In this document: piece by piece, positions 55,101 through 63,327 of the stretch | Layout: the number at the start of each line of letters is the position of its first letter | How positions within the stretch are numbered: the stretch's first letter is position 1 | Source: a virus | Direction: 5' to 3' (one strand) | DNA: 64,000 bases | Virus genome (UHGV): UHGV-0120889 | Notes under the pieces: generated by a model | What the model was told of the DNA's origin: nothing | Database searches by the model: none | What the model saw: only the letters and a program-made list of their open reading frames with translations | Translations under genes and position numbers: made by a program

Positions 55101-55495
55101 TGGTAAGCCTATACCGTGTTGAGTATAGCTCAGATACTGTATACAACGTAAGAAGCAAAGATCGCAGCGACAGAGTGCAAGAAATGTATGTTCTTGCCGA
55201 CAGTCCGTTATCTGCAGCGTTCAAGGCAGGGGCTCTTGCATCTCGTTGGAAATTTGAAGGCGGATCTTTCTATGAAGAAACCCTTGAAGATTCTGTTGTT
55301 ATTTCTTCTGTAGAGGTTTCAGATGACTACGAAGGGAAAAAGTTCGTAATGCGGCACCCACACAGCAACATTGCGTACTACTGGGATGTTCTGAACAACG
55401 AGTGGACCCCAGATCTTCAGAAGGCTACTGTGCTAACACCGTTTTTGGCAGATAAGTTCCCACCAGAAGGTAATTTATCCGCACTGTTTCAGTAA
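55100..55495 (+). CDS. hypothetical protein, paralog of 52895..53293
   Basis: Shared RHPHSNIAYYWDVLNNEWTP...KATVLTPFL motif block. Confidence 0.45.
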   Translation: MVSLYRVEYSSDTVYNVRSKDRSDRVQEMYVLADSPLSAAFKAGALASRWKFEGGSFYEETLEDSVVISSVEVSDDYEGKKFVMRHPHSNIAYYWDVLNNEWTPDLQKATVLTPFLADKFPPEGNLSALFQ

Positions 55496-55513
55496 TTTTC
55501 TTGCACACAGGTG

Positions 55514-55544
55514 TTGACAACGCCAACCCTGTGTGAAATAATAC
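55514..55544 (+). promoter_or_regulatory. sigma70-type promoter
   Basis: TTGACA (55514) followed 18-19 bp later by ATAATA/TAATAC. Confidence 0.45.
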
Positions 55545-55574
55545 CTTCATCTTAACAAGACAGGAGACCGATTG

Positions 55575-55832
55575 ATGAAGATTAAATTGAAAAACCTTGA
55601 AACGGCAGAGATTCAGGACGGTGTTGATTTCCGTTCTAAAGATGGTGACATCTTAGAGGTAAATATTCCAACCTACGAGCTGATTAAAGGTTTTGGCAAC
55701 GTTCCGGAAGAGGATATTACAGAAATTCTTATGATGTTGATTCTTGACGGAACTGTGTTTGTAGGTGAAGGTGAGAACGCTATTGCAATCCCAGGCCATT
55801 TTTATGAAGTAGTTGACGAAGAGGTGCTGTAA
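55575..55832 (+). CDS. small acidic protein, paralog family member
   Basis: ATG 55575 with GGAGA RBS; MKIKLKN N-terminus; C-terminus FYEVVDEEVL. Confidence 0.45.
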   Translation: MKIKLKNLETAEIQDGVDFRSKDGDILEVNIPTYELIKGFGNVPEEDITEILMMLILDGTVFVGEGENAIAIPGHFYEVVDEEVL

Positions 55833-56183
55833 ATGAAAGTAGAAATTACTGGTTTTGATGTTAATGTGGTTCCGGAAGATATTTTAGCTAAACTTCCGGA
55901 AGGTTTTGGTAACGGTGTTGTGGTGGATGCTGTTCCTCCTACTAAAGACATTCTGCTGCAGTATGGTGTAGCAGAGGAAGATGTCGATAAAGTTCTTACA
56001 ATGATGGCAATCGATCGTGTTGTCGTTGTTAAAGGTCTCGATAATTTTGAGAGTGATCCACTGATTATTCGTGGAGATGACTACAAAATCATCGATAATG
56101 AAGGCCAAGAGTTCTATGAGCCTTGTGCAGAAGATATTCTTAACTTATTACTGGAAGCAGGCACCGAAGAGGAGGACGAATAA
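55833..56183 (+). CDS. small acidic protein (MKVEITG N-terminus)
   Basis: ORF track; acidic C-terminus EEEDE. Confidence 0.4.
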   Translation: MKVEITGFDVNVVPEDILAKLPEGFGNGVVVDAVPPTKDILLQYGVAEEDVDKVLTMMAIDRVVVVKGLDNFESDPLIIRGDDYKIIDNEGQEFYEPCAEDILNLLLEAGTEEEDE

Positions 56184-56512
56184 TGAAGATTGACCCGTTA
56201 CTGAAGGCTCGTGCAGAAAAAGCGTACACCATTAAGTTGACCAACTTGGTTCCTACTTGTCATCCGGATGTAGGTTGGCCCGAAGGTTTGGTGGAGGGAA
56301 CTGTAACAGCTGCATACCTTCCTAACATCAAATACCTCATGGAAATCTTGGAGCTGGATGAGGAAACGGCAGAAGAGTTCCAGTTGGACATGAAACAAAG
56401 TGGGACTCTGGTTATTCACGGGTGGTACAATACTAAAGATGTAGAAGACCCTCTGGTAACTTCTAATCTGGCATATGAAATCTTAGGGCCTTTGAACCTG
56501 GAGGAAGACTAA
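56183..56512 (+). CDS. small acidic protein
   Basis: ORF track; coupled overlaps on both sides. Confidence 0.4.
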   Translation: MKIDPLLKARAEKAYTIKLTNLVPTCHPDVGWPEGLVEGTVTAAYLPNIKYLMEILELDEETAEEFQLDMKQSGTLVIHGWYNTKDVEDPLVTSNLAYEILGPLNLEED

Positions 56513-56799
56513 TGAAAGATCTGGTTAAGATTAAGATTAAAGATACCAATGGAGAACTCAGCCATTTTGGAATTAATGATGGTGACGAGCTGATCGCACA
56601 CCTGCCTACCAAGGAGGTTGTAAGCAAAGCAGTTGCCGGAGAAGAAGCTGCAATGCAGGCTGCAGGTGTGGATGAAAACTATGTAGCTATGTGCATGTGC
56701 CGAGATCAGGTTGTTCTGTATAAAGCGTATCGACCAAACGGAGCCACGGAGTGGCTTGTATTCCGACCCGAAGGATATGAAATCTTAGAGGCACTATGA
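56512..56799 (+). CDS. small acidic protein, paralog family member
   Basis: MKDLVKIKIKD N-terminus; C-terminus PEGYEILEAL. Confidence 0.4.
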   Translation: MKDLVKIKIKDTNGELSHFGINDGDELIAHLPTKEVVSKAVAGEEAAMQAAGVDENYVAMCMCRDQVVLYKAYRPNGATEWLVFRPEGYEILEAL

Positions 56800-56879
56800 T
56801 AAATCTTGCCAAGGTTGCAACGGCACTGTTAATTATTTGCTGGTCAGTAACCTTAACACTGTGTCTTGTATTTCAGTGA
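56796..56879 (+). CDS. micro-ORF encoding hydrophobic peptide (27 aa)
   Basis: MINLAKVATALLIICWSVTLTLCLVFQ; ATG overlaps previous stop (ATGA). Confidence 0.3.
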   Translation: MINLAKVATALLIICWSVTLTLCLVFQ

Positions 56880-56888
56880 GGTGCTTGT

Positions 56889-57152
56889 ATGAACATCCTG
56901 ATGTGGGTTATAGCAGTGGCGTTTGTTGCATGTTTTTGCTGCTGGGTTGCGGTGAGGATTTCTGTAGCTACCCTTCGGAAGTTGGGGTTCTCAGAATGGG
57001 ATATTAATATCCTTTCTTTTCGCAATGAAACAATCTCAGCCGCCCTGCTTTGTAAGAAATTTAAGTGGGAACCTTGTGAGGTCATGAGCTATCTAAGAAC
57101 AGGCGATATCCCTGAAAGATTTAAAAAAGTTCTTGACGGCAAGGATAAATGA
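56889..57152 (+). CDS. small membrane protein (N-terminal TM)
   Basis: GAGGTG RBS; N-terminal ILMWVIAVAFVACFCCWVAV. Confidence 0.45.
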   Translation: MNILMWVIAVAFVACFCCWVAVRISVATLRKLGFSEWDINILSFRNETISAALLCKKFKWEPCEVMSYLRTGDIPERFKKVLDGKDK

Positions 57153-57180
57153 CAGTATAGTGACTAACAAGAGGTGAGGG

Positions 57181-57321
57181 GTGACTGATTTTACTGAAGC
57201 TTTAATGATGGCCTTGTCTGTTTTAGCGCTATCGGTGTGTTTTGGGGCGTTATTCACATCTCTGGTTAAAGTTTTACATACAGTATTATTACCCAAGGAG
57301 CGCAGTAATGACGAAGATTGA
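57181..57321 (+). CDS. micro-ORF encoding hydrophobic peptide (46 aa; GTG start)
   Basis: GAGGTGAGGG RBS; ALMMALSVLALSVCFGALFTSLV; 3' end overlaps next gene. Confidence 0.3.
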   Translation: MTDFTEALMMALSVLALSVCFGALFTSLVKVLHTVLLPKERSNDED

Positions 57322-57559
57322 CTTGAATGCTGGTGATCATGTTGTTGTCAAATGCGTTGGAGATTATCTTGGATTCACAATCGGCAATACTTACGAGGCG
57401 GTAGTGGCGAAGGTTTATCATGATAAAGTCCTCAGTCTTGTATTTGACTGTGATGATGACGGAGATGACCGTTACGTCTGTGAGGTGCTGGCTCGTGACG
57501 ATAGTGAAGACCAGAAATTCCTGGTTATTGAACTGAACGGTATTTTTGTAGAACGTTAA
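57308..57559 (+). CDS. hypothetical protein (83 aa)
   Basis: ATG 57308 with AAGGAG RBS. Confidence 0.45.
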   Translation: MTKIDLNAGDHVVVKCVGDYLGFTIGNTYEAVVAKVYHDKVLSLVFDCDDDGDDRYVCEVLARDDSEDQKFLVIELNGIFVER

Positions 57560-57587
57560 TTTAAAACAACATAAGGAGACTCTTACT

Positions 57588-57893
57588 ATGGCTAAATCTA
57601 AAGTTGAACTGTTCACCTCTCTTCCTTCTGACACTGCAGAACGTGATCGCCTTCGCAAAACAATTGAAGAACTGGTGGAACTCCAGCTTCAGATTAAAGA
57701 TTTGAAAGATGCCATCAAGGATATCATTCTTGTTGAGAAGCAGGATCATCTGTATTCTCCTAAATTCATCAAATCTTTGGTGGCTACAGAGTTTGATATC
57801 CGCTACGAAGCTGAAAAACGTCGCGCTAAGATTGAAGAAGAGGTTGAGCACATGTCTGAGGCAGACATTCTGTTCAAACGCTCTGTAGAATAA
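57588..57893 (+). CDS. hypothetical coiled-coil protein
   Basis: AAGGAGA RBS; helical charged sequence. Confidence 0.45.
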   Translation: MAKSKVELFTSLPSDTAERDRLRKTIEELVELQLQIKDLKDAIKDIILVEKQDHLYSPKFIKSLVATEFDIRYEAEKRRAKIEEEVEHMSEADILFKRSVE

Positions 57894-57894
57894 T

Positions 57895-58266
57895 ATGGCA
57901 GAGGGGCCCCTCTTTCACTATTTGCAAAAGGAACCAGCTATGAGAATGCCAATCACTGTGAAAGAGCTAAATGAACGTGATGCAGGTGGTCTATGGCCTG
58001 CACGAAAAATCCGCTGCGTCTATATGAAAGAGAATCTTGAACATCTTGATCAACAGATCAAGGTCGGTGATATTTTCGAGGTCTTCTATTCCAATCGTCG
58101 CAACTGGGAAACCATTCAGCCTTCTGGTTTTGTTCTTGCCAAACTTGACACTGGAGAAGTGATTATTCCTGGGTTGGATATTGTCTTCGAAATTATCCAG
58201 GAGTGGGATCCGGATAAGATTAGATATGAAGAGTTATTCGGTGAAGGTATTATCAAACCTGTGTGA
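57895..58266 (+). CDS. hypothetical protein (start may be 57940)
   Basis: ORF track. Confidence 0.4.
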   Translation: MAEGPLFHYLQKEPAMRMPITVKELNERDAGGLWPARKIRCVYMKENLEHLDQQIKVGDIFEVFYSNRRNWETIQPSGFVLAKLDTGEVIIPGLDIVFEIIQEWDPDKIRYEELFGEGIIKPV

Positions 58267-58574
58267 GGTGGATTATGTCTACAAAGGCGGCTAAATACTC
58301 CTATATGCCATCAACCTCTGCAGAGGTAGACTTTAGTTTCGATGTGTTTCCACTGTTTGAGGTGGTTCTGGCATACCCAACAATACTATCTACTCCTGAA
58401 TCACTTGTGCCTGTTAAGTTGCAGAACGCTATGCATTCCATGCACTACAACAACAAATGTAGGCACAGATGGTGTCAGGACGAGGAAAAAGATTTGGATA
58501 GTTTGAGAGATTTTGACAGTCACCTTTTGACACCTTTCAGCTACTCCAACCTTGATAAGCCCTCGTGGGTATAG
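58263..58574 (+). CDS. hypothetical protein
   Basis: ORF track. Confidence 0.4.
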   Translation: MRWIMSTKAAKYSYMPSTSAEVDFSFDVFPLFEVVLAYPTILSTPESLVPVKLQNAMHSMHYNNKCRHRWCQDEEKDLDSLRDFDSHLLTPFSYSNLDKPSWV

Positions 58575-58598
58575 CAAAATATCAAATTTAAGACACCT

Positions 58599-58627
58599 AG
58601 GACGCTCTGTGGCGTCCTTTTCTTTAT
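58599..58627 (+). terminator. rho-independent terminator ending the plus-strand gene block
   Basis: AGGACGC-TCTGTG-GCGTCCT hairpin followed by TTTCTTTATC. Confidence 0.65.
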
Positions 58628-58787
58628 CTGGTGCACGATTGCATACCTTGGGTAGTTAATCTCATTACAGAGCGTTTAAGAGCTCCCTACAAACAACTCC
58701 ATATTTCGAGCGTAGCGAGAACGCACGTCCGTTTTGACCCAAATCACCATACGCTCGGATTTTAACCAAACCCTCGCGGCGTTTCTG

Positions 58788-58816
58788 TTGACACATTGCC
58801 GATCCAGTGATAGTAT
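58788..58816 (+). promoter_or_regulatory. sigma70-type promoter
   Basis: TTGACA (58788) - 17 bp - TAGTAT (58811). Confidence 0.5.
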
Positions 58817-58848
58817 CCACACATAGTTTGTAGAATATGGAGTACACA

Positions 58849-58938
58849 ATGAGAACATTGTCCGAAGTTTTAGTGGTGATCCTGATGATCATTACGTCCA
58901 TAGTGGCTGTTGCCGGAATACTCACGGGTGGAACATGA
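58849..58938 (+). CDS. micro-ORF encoding hydrophobic peptide (29 aa)
   Basis: MRTLSEVLVVILMIITSIVAVAGILTGGT; stop overlaps next ATG (ATGA). Confidence 0.35.
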   Translation: MRTLSEVLVVILMIITSIVAVAGILTGGT

Positions 58939-59147
58939 TAAACACACATGCATCTGAAGAGACATCCAAAGGAGTGACTATATGTCCCTTGACTGAGCCA
59001 GTGAAAGAGGAAAACTTCGATTCTGAAGATTCTCCATCTTCGCTCCAGGTAGATCCTGAGGTTGATGACCTAACGTGGGAGGACATCGTAGATATCTGGT
59101 TCTCTATTATGCCTGAGCACGAAGAGTTCAGGGGCGGCAGACTATGA
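58935..59147 (+). CDS. hypothetical acidic protein (70 aa)
   Basis: ORF track. Confidence 0.4.
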   Translation: MINTHASEETSKGVTICPLTEPVKEENFDSEDSPSSLQVDPEVDDLTWEDIVDIWFSIMPEHEEFRGGRL

Positions 59148-59186
59148 AGCACCGAGCCCACACAGGTTCCTCATGCTAAAGCATGG

Positions 59187-60376
59187 CCTGAAGAGGCAAA
59201 CGTGCATAATTCCAGCGTATTGGAACGCATAAAACCCTGTTCACACTCTCATTTTCCAGAGGAGATTTCATGAAGATAGAAATATTTGGTGGAGCTGACA
59301 ACACTCGTGGCCTGATTTACCTTGAATTCGAGGAATCATACCTGCCAGAGGTGTTAAATATAGACTCTGTTGCTGAGGCTTTGGGAGTAAACCCTAAAGA
59401 ACTCCACTCTTGTGCTGAGATCGATGGTTGGGAAGAGACCATGAACATTGATTTCAGTGAAGTAGAGGATGAACCGCTGGACTGACACACAATTAGCTGC
59501 CCGGCTAAAGTGCTGGAAGCACCTATAACACATCTTTCAACTAAATTTCCTACCACCACAATCACTTACCTCCCACACATGACTGTTTGCTTGTTTAGTG
59601 AGCAGTCATGCCTTGACATTCTTGCCTATCTTGATAAAATTAAGTTCTTCTCTTTTCTTTTACCGAGTAATTCGGGTTTTCTGTTCTCTTCGGTTTGAAG
59701 GGGTATGGAGATACACCTGAGTGAACAGGGTGAACAACCGAACCTTTGGCTATGGCATTAGCATGGCGAAGCGGACGGGTGACGAAAGAGGGGCCGGAGG
59801 ACACCAGTCACTGCCATATGATATATGGGTGATAACCTGAAGAGTCTGAATAAGTGTTTAAGTACCAGTCAGAGGAAAAGGTGAATGGTAGCCGAAGGGG
59901 GAGGGGGGTTTCTTGTATCTTTAATTTGTATATTATGTATACACTTGTAAACCAACACCATCTGAATTTGTTTACCACAGAAAGCGGATAGAGACAAATA
60001 TTACCTATTAAACTTGAATTATTTATAGAAAATACCACAACACCACTTAAGTATTTGATTTTACACATAAATCCTACAGATATTCACCCTCCATATTTAA
60101 CATACTTGTAACATATTCCATACTCTACCTGTCTGATCAATTTCCCCAACTACACCCACCATATTTTCCCTGTCTGTACCACCCCTGACCCGCCGGGAGT
60201 CCCGTCATATCTGGCTTTCCAGCAAATATCACACCCACAAATATCATTGCCTGAAGAGGGTTTCATCCCATAATACATGCCTTACCTGAAGAGCGCTTCA
60301 TACACCACGTAAATTTTTTAATTGACCCCCTCCCCGCCGCCGGAGAGGTTGTCTTTTCCCACACAGACCTGAAGAG
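59187..60376. repeat. five dispersed copies of 9-mer CCTGAAGAG in an ORF-poor region
   Basis: Exact copies at 59187, 59836, 60250, 60285, 60368 (all same orientation). Confidence 0.8.
59270..59485 (+). CDS. small acidic protein (MKIEIFGG N-terminus)
   Basis: GGAG RBS; N-terminus like family members. Confidence 0.4.
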   Translation: MKIEIFGGADNTRGLIYLEFEESYLPEVLNIDSVAEALGVNPKELHSCAEIDGWEETMNIDFSEVEDEPLD

Positions 60377-60903
60377 TCAGTCAGAAATATCTGAATGGAC
60401 CCAATTCTGCCCTGTCATGAGCGGTAGCGACTGGAGTGCTGCCAGGCGGACGAAATGGGAATACTTCTCATTCTTATAATAATTCTCAAATATCGAGGCA
60501 GTGAGGAAAATTAATAGGTGAGGCCGTTCACACAGTGGCACAACATTTGCAACCTATCTTGTGGGGGTGAATGAGAATACCTATCATTGTGAGAATAGTT
60601 ATCATTACGGGCAATTTAACATAATACCCATTATGCGCACCACTGGCGATCCATACAGGGATTGATAACATGAGTTACAGTTTACGCATATAACAATCAT
60701 ATTTCTTACTATTTGTGTGGGATATAGTTAGCAGCCGATAGATTAGATATTGACCTGTGGACTTCCAACCATCTAGACGTCTAAACGCCCACACAACAAG
60801 GATTATACATACATTACTGAATGTAAACAGGGCCGCAAAAATGCTACCATACCAGTTTGTAAATTTTTCATGCAGCACTTGACAAAGAGGAGGAAAACTT
60901 GTC

Positions 60904-61028
60904 TGACATAATGTGACCTAACTGACACAACATGACACTTTTACACACCTATTAGTTTACACACTGGATTGTTTACATTCCTGATTGTTCACATGCTAAC
61001 CATTTACATGATTGACTGTTTACACACC
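60904..61028. repeat. iteron-like arrays: TGACA x4 then TTTACA(C/T) x6 at ~16-bp spacing
   Basis: TGACA at 60904-60937; (T)GTTTACA-type units starting 60940, 60955, 60972, 60988, 61003, 61019. Confidence 0.7.
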
Positions 61029-61036
61029 GATAATCA

Positions 61037-61287
61037 GCCATGCCATTCGTTTGCATGACAATAATTATACATGACAATAATCGCACTGATTATAATTAGC
61101 ATGACATAATATAAAAGCAGGGCAACTATTAGCAGATCTATAGTTGCCTTGCTTGTCATGTCATGATTAACTAAATACAAGGCAACTATGATCTGATTAA
61201 TAGTTTGCAGACAAACTATCACGGGGGTGATGGTTACTGCTTTTATATTATGTCGCGACTCCGTCGCGCCATGCCATTCGTTTGCAT
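61037..61287. repeat. 251-bp element bounded by perfect 20-bp direct repeats with nested inverted repeats
   Basis: GCCATGCCATTCGTTTGCAT at 61037..61056 and 61268..61287; inner 15-bp inverted repeat 61106..61120 / 61237..61251; palindromes GGCAACTAT-N10-ATAGTTGCC (61121..61148) and 61181..61208. Confidence 0.8.
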
Positions 61288-61949
61288 AGTTGCCTTATTG
61301 TTACAGGTAAAATAATTGTATTGTTAATTATTTCTTATCTTTCTATTAGTCATCTAATGATTCCAGTTAGTATAGTAACGTACAGTAAACATTAGACGAC
61401 TAAAGATTTCTCTGCTTATGATAACCTAACGTGACAATTTCAGACTGTTTACGAAAAATGTTGACACCTGAGCTGATTTATGTTATGCAGTTTACACGAA
61501 TAATTATTTTATGCAGGTATTGACTATTCCGTTATTCTATGGTTGGAATAAATACTTAGCAGACTATAGAATGGTGAGCGTACGTAAATTCTGAGATCTG
61601 TCGGCTATAGTTATACTCGATTTTTCACGTAGAACACGCTTTTTGGTTTGTGTAAGTGTATGACTTATAAAGATTTTTAGTTGTTGACAAGATATTGGAG
61701 ATGTGCATCAGATTAAATTTTGTGCAATAGCTACATTACGTGCACTTTTGGAAGAAAAAACGTGTAAAAATGGCCCTGCTACCACACAATGAAAGATTAT
61801 GCAATAGTTATTTTATATGTATATTTGTACAGTGTGTGGGATTAATGGCTAGTCAATTATTCCACTTGCCAGGTAGGGCCGTTTATGGTAGGAGAAGAGC
61901 AGACAAAAAGAAAGGGGCCTTTAAGCCCCTTGATAATTCAATTAAGAAA

Positions 61950-62369
61950 TTATAATGATTCGTATATTTCAAAAATCCGATTTGCCAGGTCGTTACGGTA
62001 GCGGAATTTTTCATCACGCTTGATCATTAAATCCTTATAGCCGTACTCTTTAAGCACTTCATTAACTTTATGGCGGCATACCTGCATATTATCTTGAGCG
62101 TCACCAATAAATCTGTTGCTATGGTGCATGGCTTTAATTTCTTCTTCCAGGACCAGGGCAACTATGCGGACCGGATCAAGCTGATAGGCGGTAACATCCA
62201 TGCGGCATTGTAAACGGCTTTTTACGTCTGCCACCGGATATACTGCAACCTCTTCCCCGTCAACATTGACAATAATTAGTTTACCATCGATTTCGAATCC
62301 TTTCGCCGCCGGACCGTGACAAAAAGCGTTATCAAAGCTATATGCCGGATTATTAGATTTAATGTTCAT
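61950..62369 (-). CDS. hypothetical protein (139 aa)
   Basis: ORF track. Confidence 0.45.
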   Translation of the reverse strand: MNIKSNNPAYSFDNAFCHGPAAKGFEIDGKLIIVNVDGEEVAVYPVADVKSRLQCRMDVTAYQLDPVRIVALVLEEEIKAMHHSNRFIGDAQDNMQVCRHKVNEVLKEYGYKDLMIKRDEKFRYRNDLANRIFEIYESL

Positions 62370-62513
62370 GGTGTTTTTACCTCTTAGTTAATTTTCTTAC
62401 AACTTCCCTTCAAAAAAGAATATAGCAAAACTGCCGATCCCTGTCAACCAGGGATAGCATAATTTTTATGTGATCAAGGGGCTTTATTGCCCCTGACCAT
62501 GTAACTTGTTGTA

Positions 62514-62777
62514 TTATTTGTTGCTCATCCAGTTTTCCCAAGCTGCCTGATAATCTGCCTCACTACGGCGGATCTCTTCTTGCTCTTCAAGGCGGATCTC
62601 TTCTTCCAGGTACCCCAAGATGTCAGCCTTTTTAGTCTGGCGTAGCATCCAGTCATCTTTTTTGCGAGTGAAGATCTTATAAGCTTTCTCGCAAACCTCT
62701 TTTTTGCTACCTTTCTGGACTTCAAGAACACGATAAGCCATATATTGAACTAATTTGAGCTGATCAAGACGTTTCAT
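62514..62777 (-). CDS. hypothetical protein (87 aa)
   Basis: ORF track. Confidence 0.45.
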   Translation of the reverse strand: MKRLDQLKLVQYMAYRVLEVQKGSKKEVCEKAYKIFTRKKDDWMLRQTKKADILGYLEEEIRLEEQEEIRRSEADYQAAWENWMSNK

Positions 62778-62837
62778 GATGTTTACCTCTTTGTGCGGTT
62801 CTGATTAGTGGGCCTTTTGGCCCGTGTCATTATCTTA

Positions 62838-63110
62838 TTACTTATGACGGCAGAGTTCAAGCGTTTTTAATTGATAATCTTCCTCAGCTTGGAGTACGAC
62901 CGCCTCGATCATTTCGTTGGCATTGTTAAAGCCATAACCTTTAGCGAACTCATCCGCGCCACCTTCGTGATCATGTTCTGCGTTCATCGCTTCCACAAAA
63001 TGGAATTCCAAATTGTTGAGGTAGGGGCTTGATGTTCCGTCCTCTTTTTCGATGAGATCCCAAATAGCATTAAAACGTGATTCGACTTCTTGATTAATCC
63101 AGCTTGACAT
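62838..63110 (-). CDS. hypothetical acidic protein (90 aa)
   Basis: ORF track. Confidence 0.45.
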   Translation of the reverse strand: MSSWINQEVESRFNAIWDLIEKEDGTSSPYLNNLEFHFVEAMNAEHDHEGGADEFAKGYGFNNANEMIEAVVLQAEEDYQLKTLELCRHK

Positions 63111-63327
63111 AGTGTTTTCCTCTCTCCTGGTTGTTGTGTGGGCACTTTTGCCCCTTCAAGATAAATGTTACCTCACCCCATGGCAGATGTCAACGGTTTT
63201 TATAGTTCTTATATGACAGGCAGGCCCGGTGATTGTCTCCCCCTGTTCCCAAGTGCCGCCCGTTTAATAAGAATAGCAAAAGGGGCCGAACAAGTCAACC
63301 CCAAAATCAGTACCAAAACACTTTTAT

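Noticed and set aside
53684-56183. Shared MK(I/V)EITG N-termini as evidence that the HPF homologue belongs to the small acidic protein family
   Set aside because: Similarity is confined to the first 6-7 residues; the HPF-like protein matches the hibernation-factor pattern along its whole length, so it is treated as a distinct gene.
58665-58949. 94-aa minus-strand ORF
   Set aside because: Overlaps a plus-strand promoter, a micro-ORF and the start of the next plus gene in a region otherwise transcribed rightward; no RBS.
59187-60376. CCTGAAGAG copies as hammerhead ribozyme cores (CUGANGA)
   Set aside because: Downstream sequences do not form a consistent stem II followed by GAAA and stem III; the resemblance is limited to the 8-mer.
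60940-61028. TTTACAC repeats as host DnaA boxes
   Set aside because: They do not fit the TTATCCACA consensus well enough; treated instead as phage-specific iteron-like repeats.
61034-61222. 62-aa minus-strand ORF in the track
   Set aside because: Lies entirely inside the direct-repeat-bounded repeat element, low-complexity hydrophobic product, no RBS; most likely a chance ORF in AT-rich repeat DNA.
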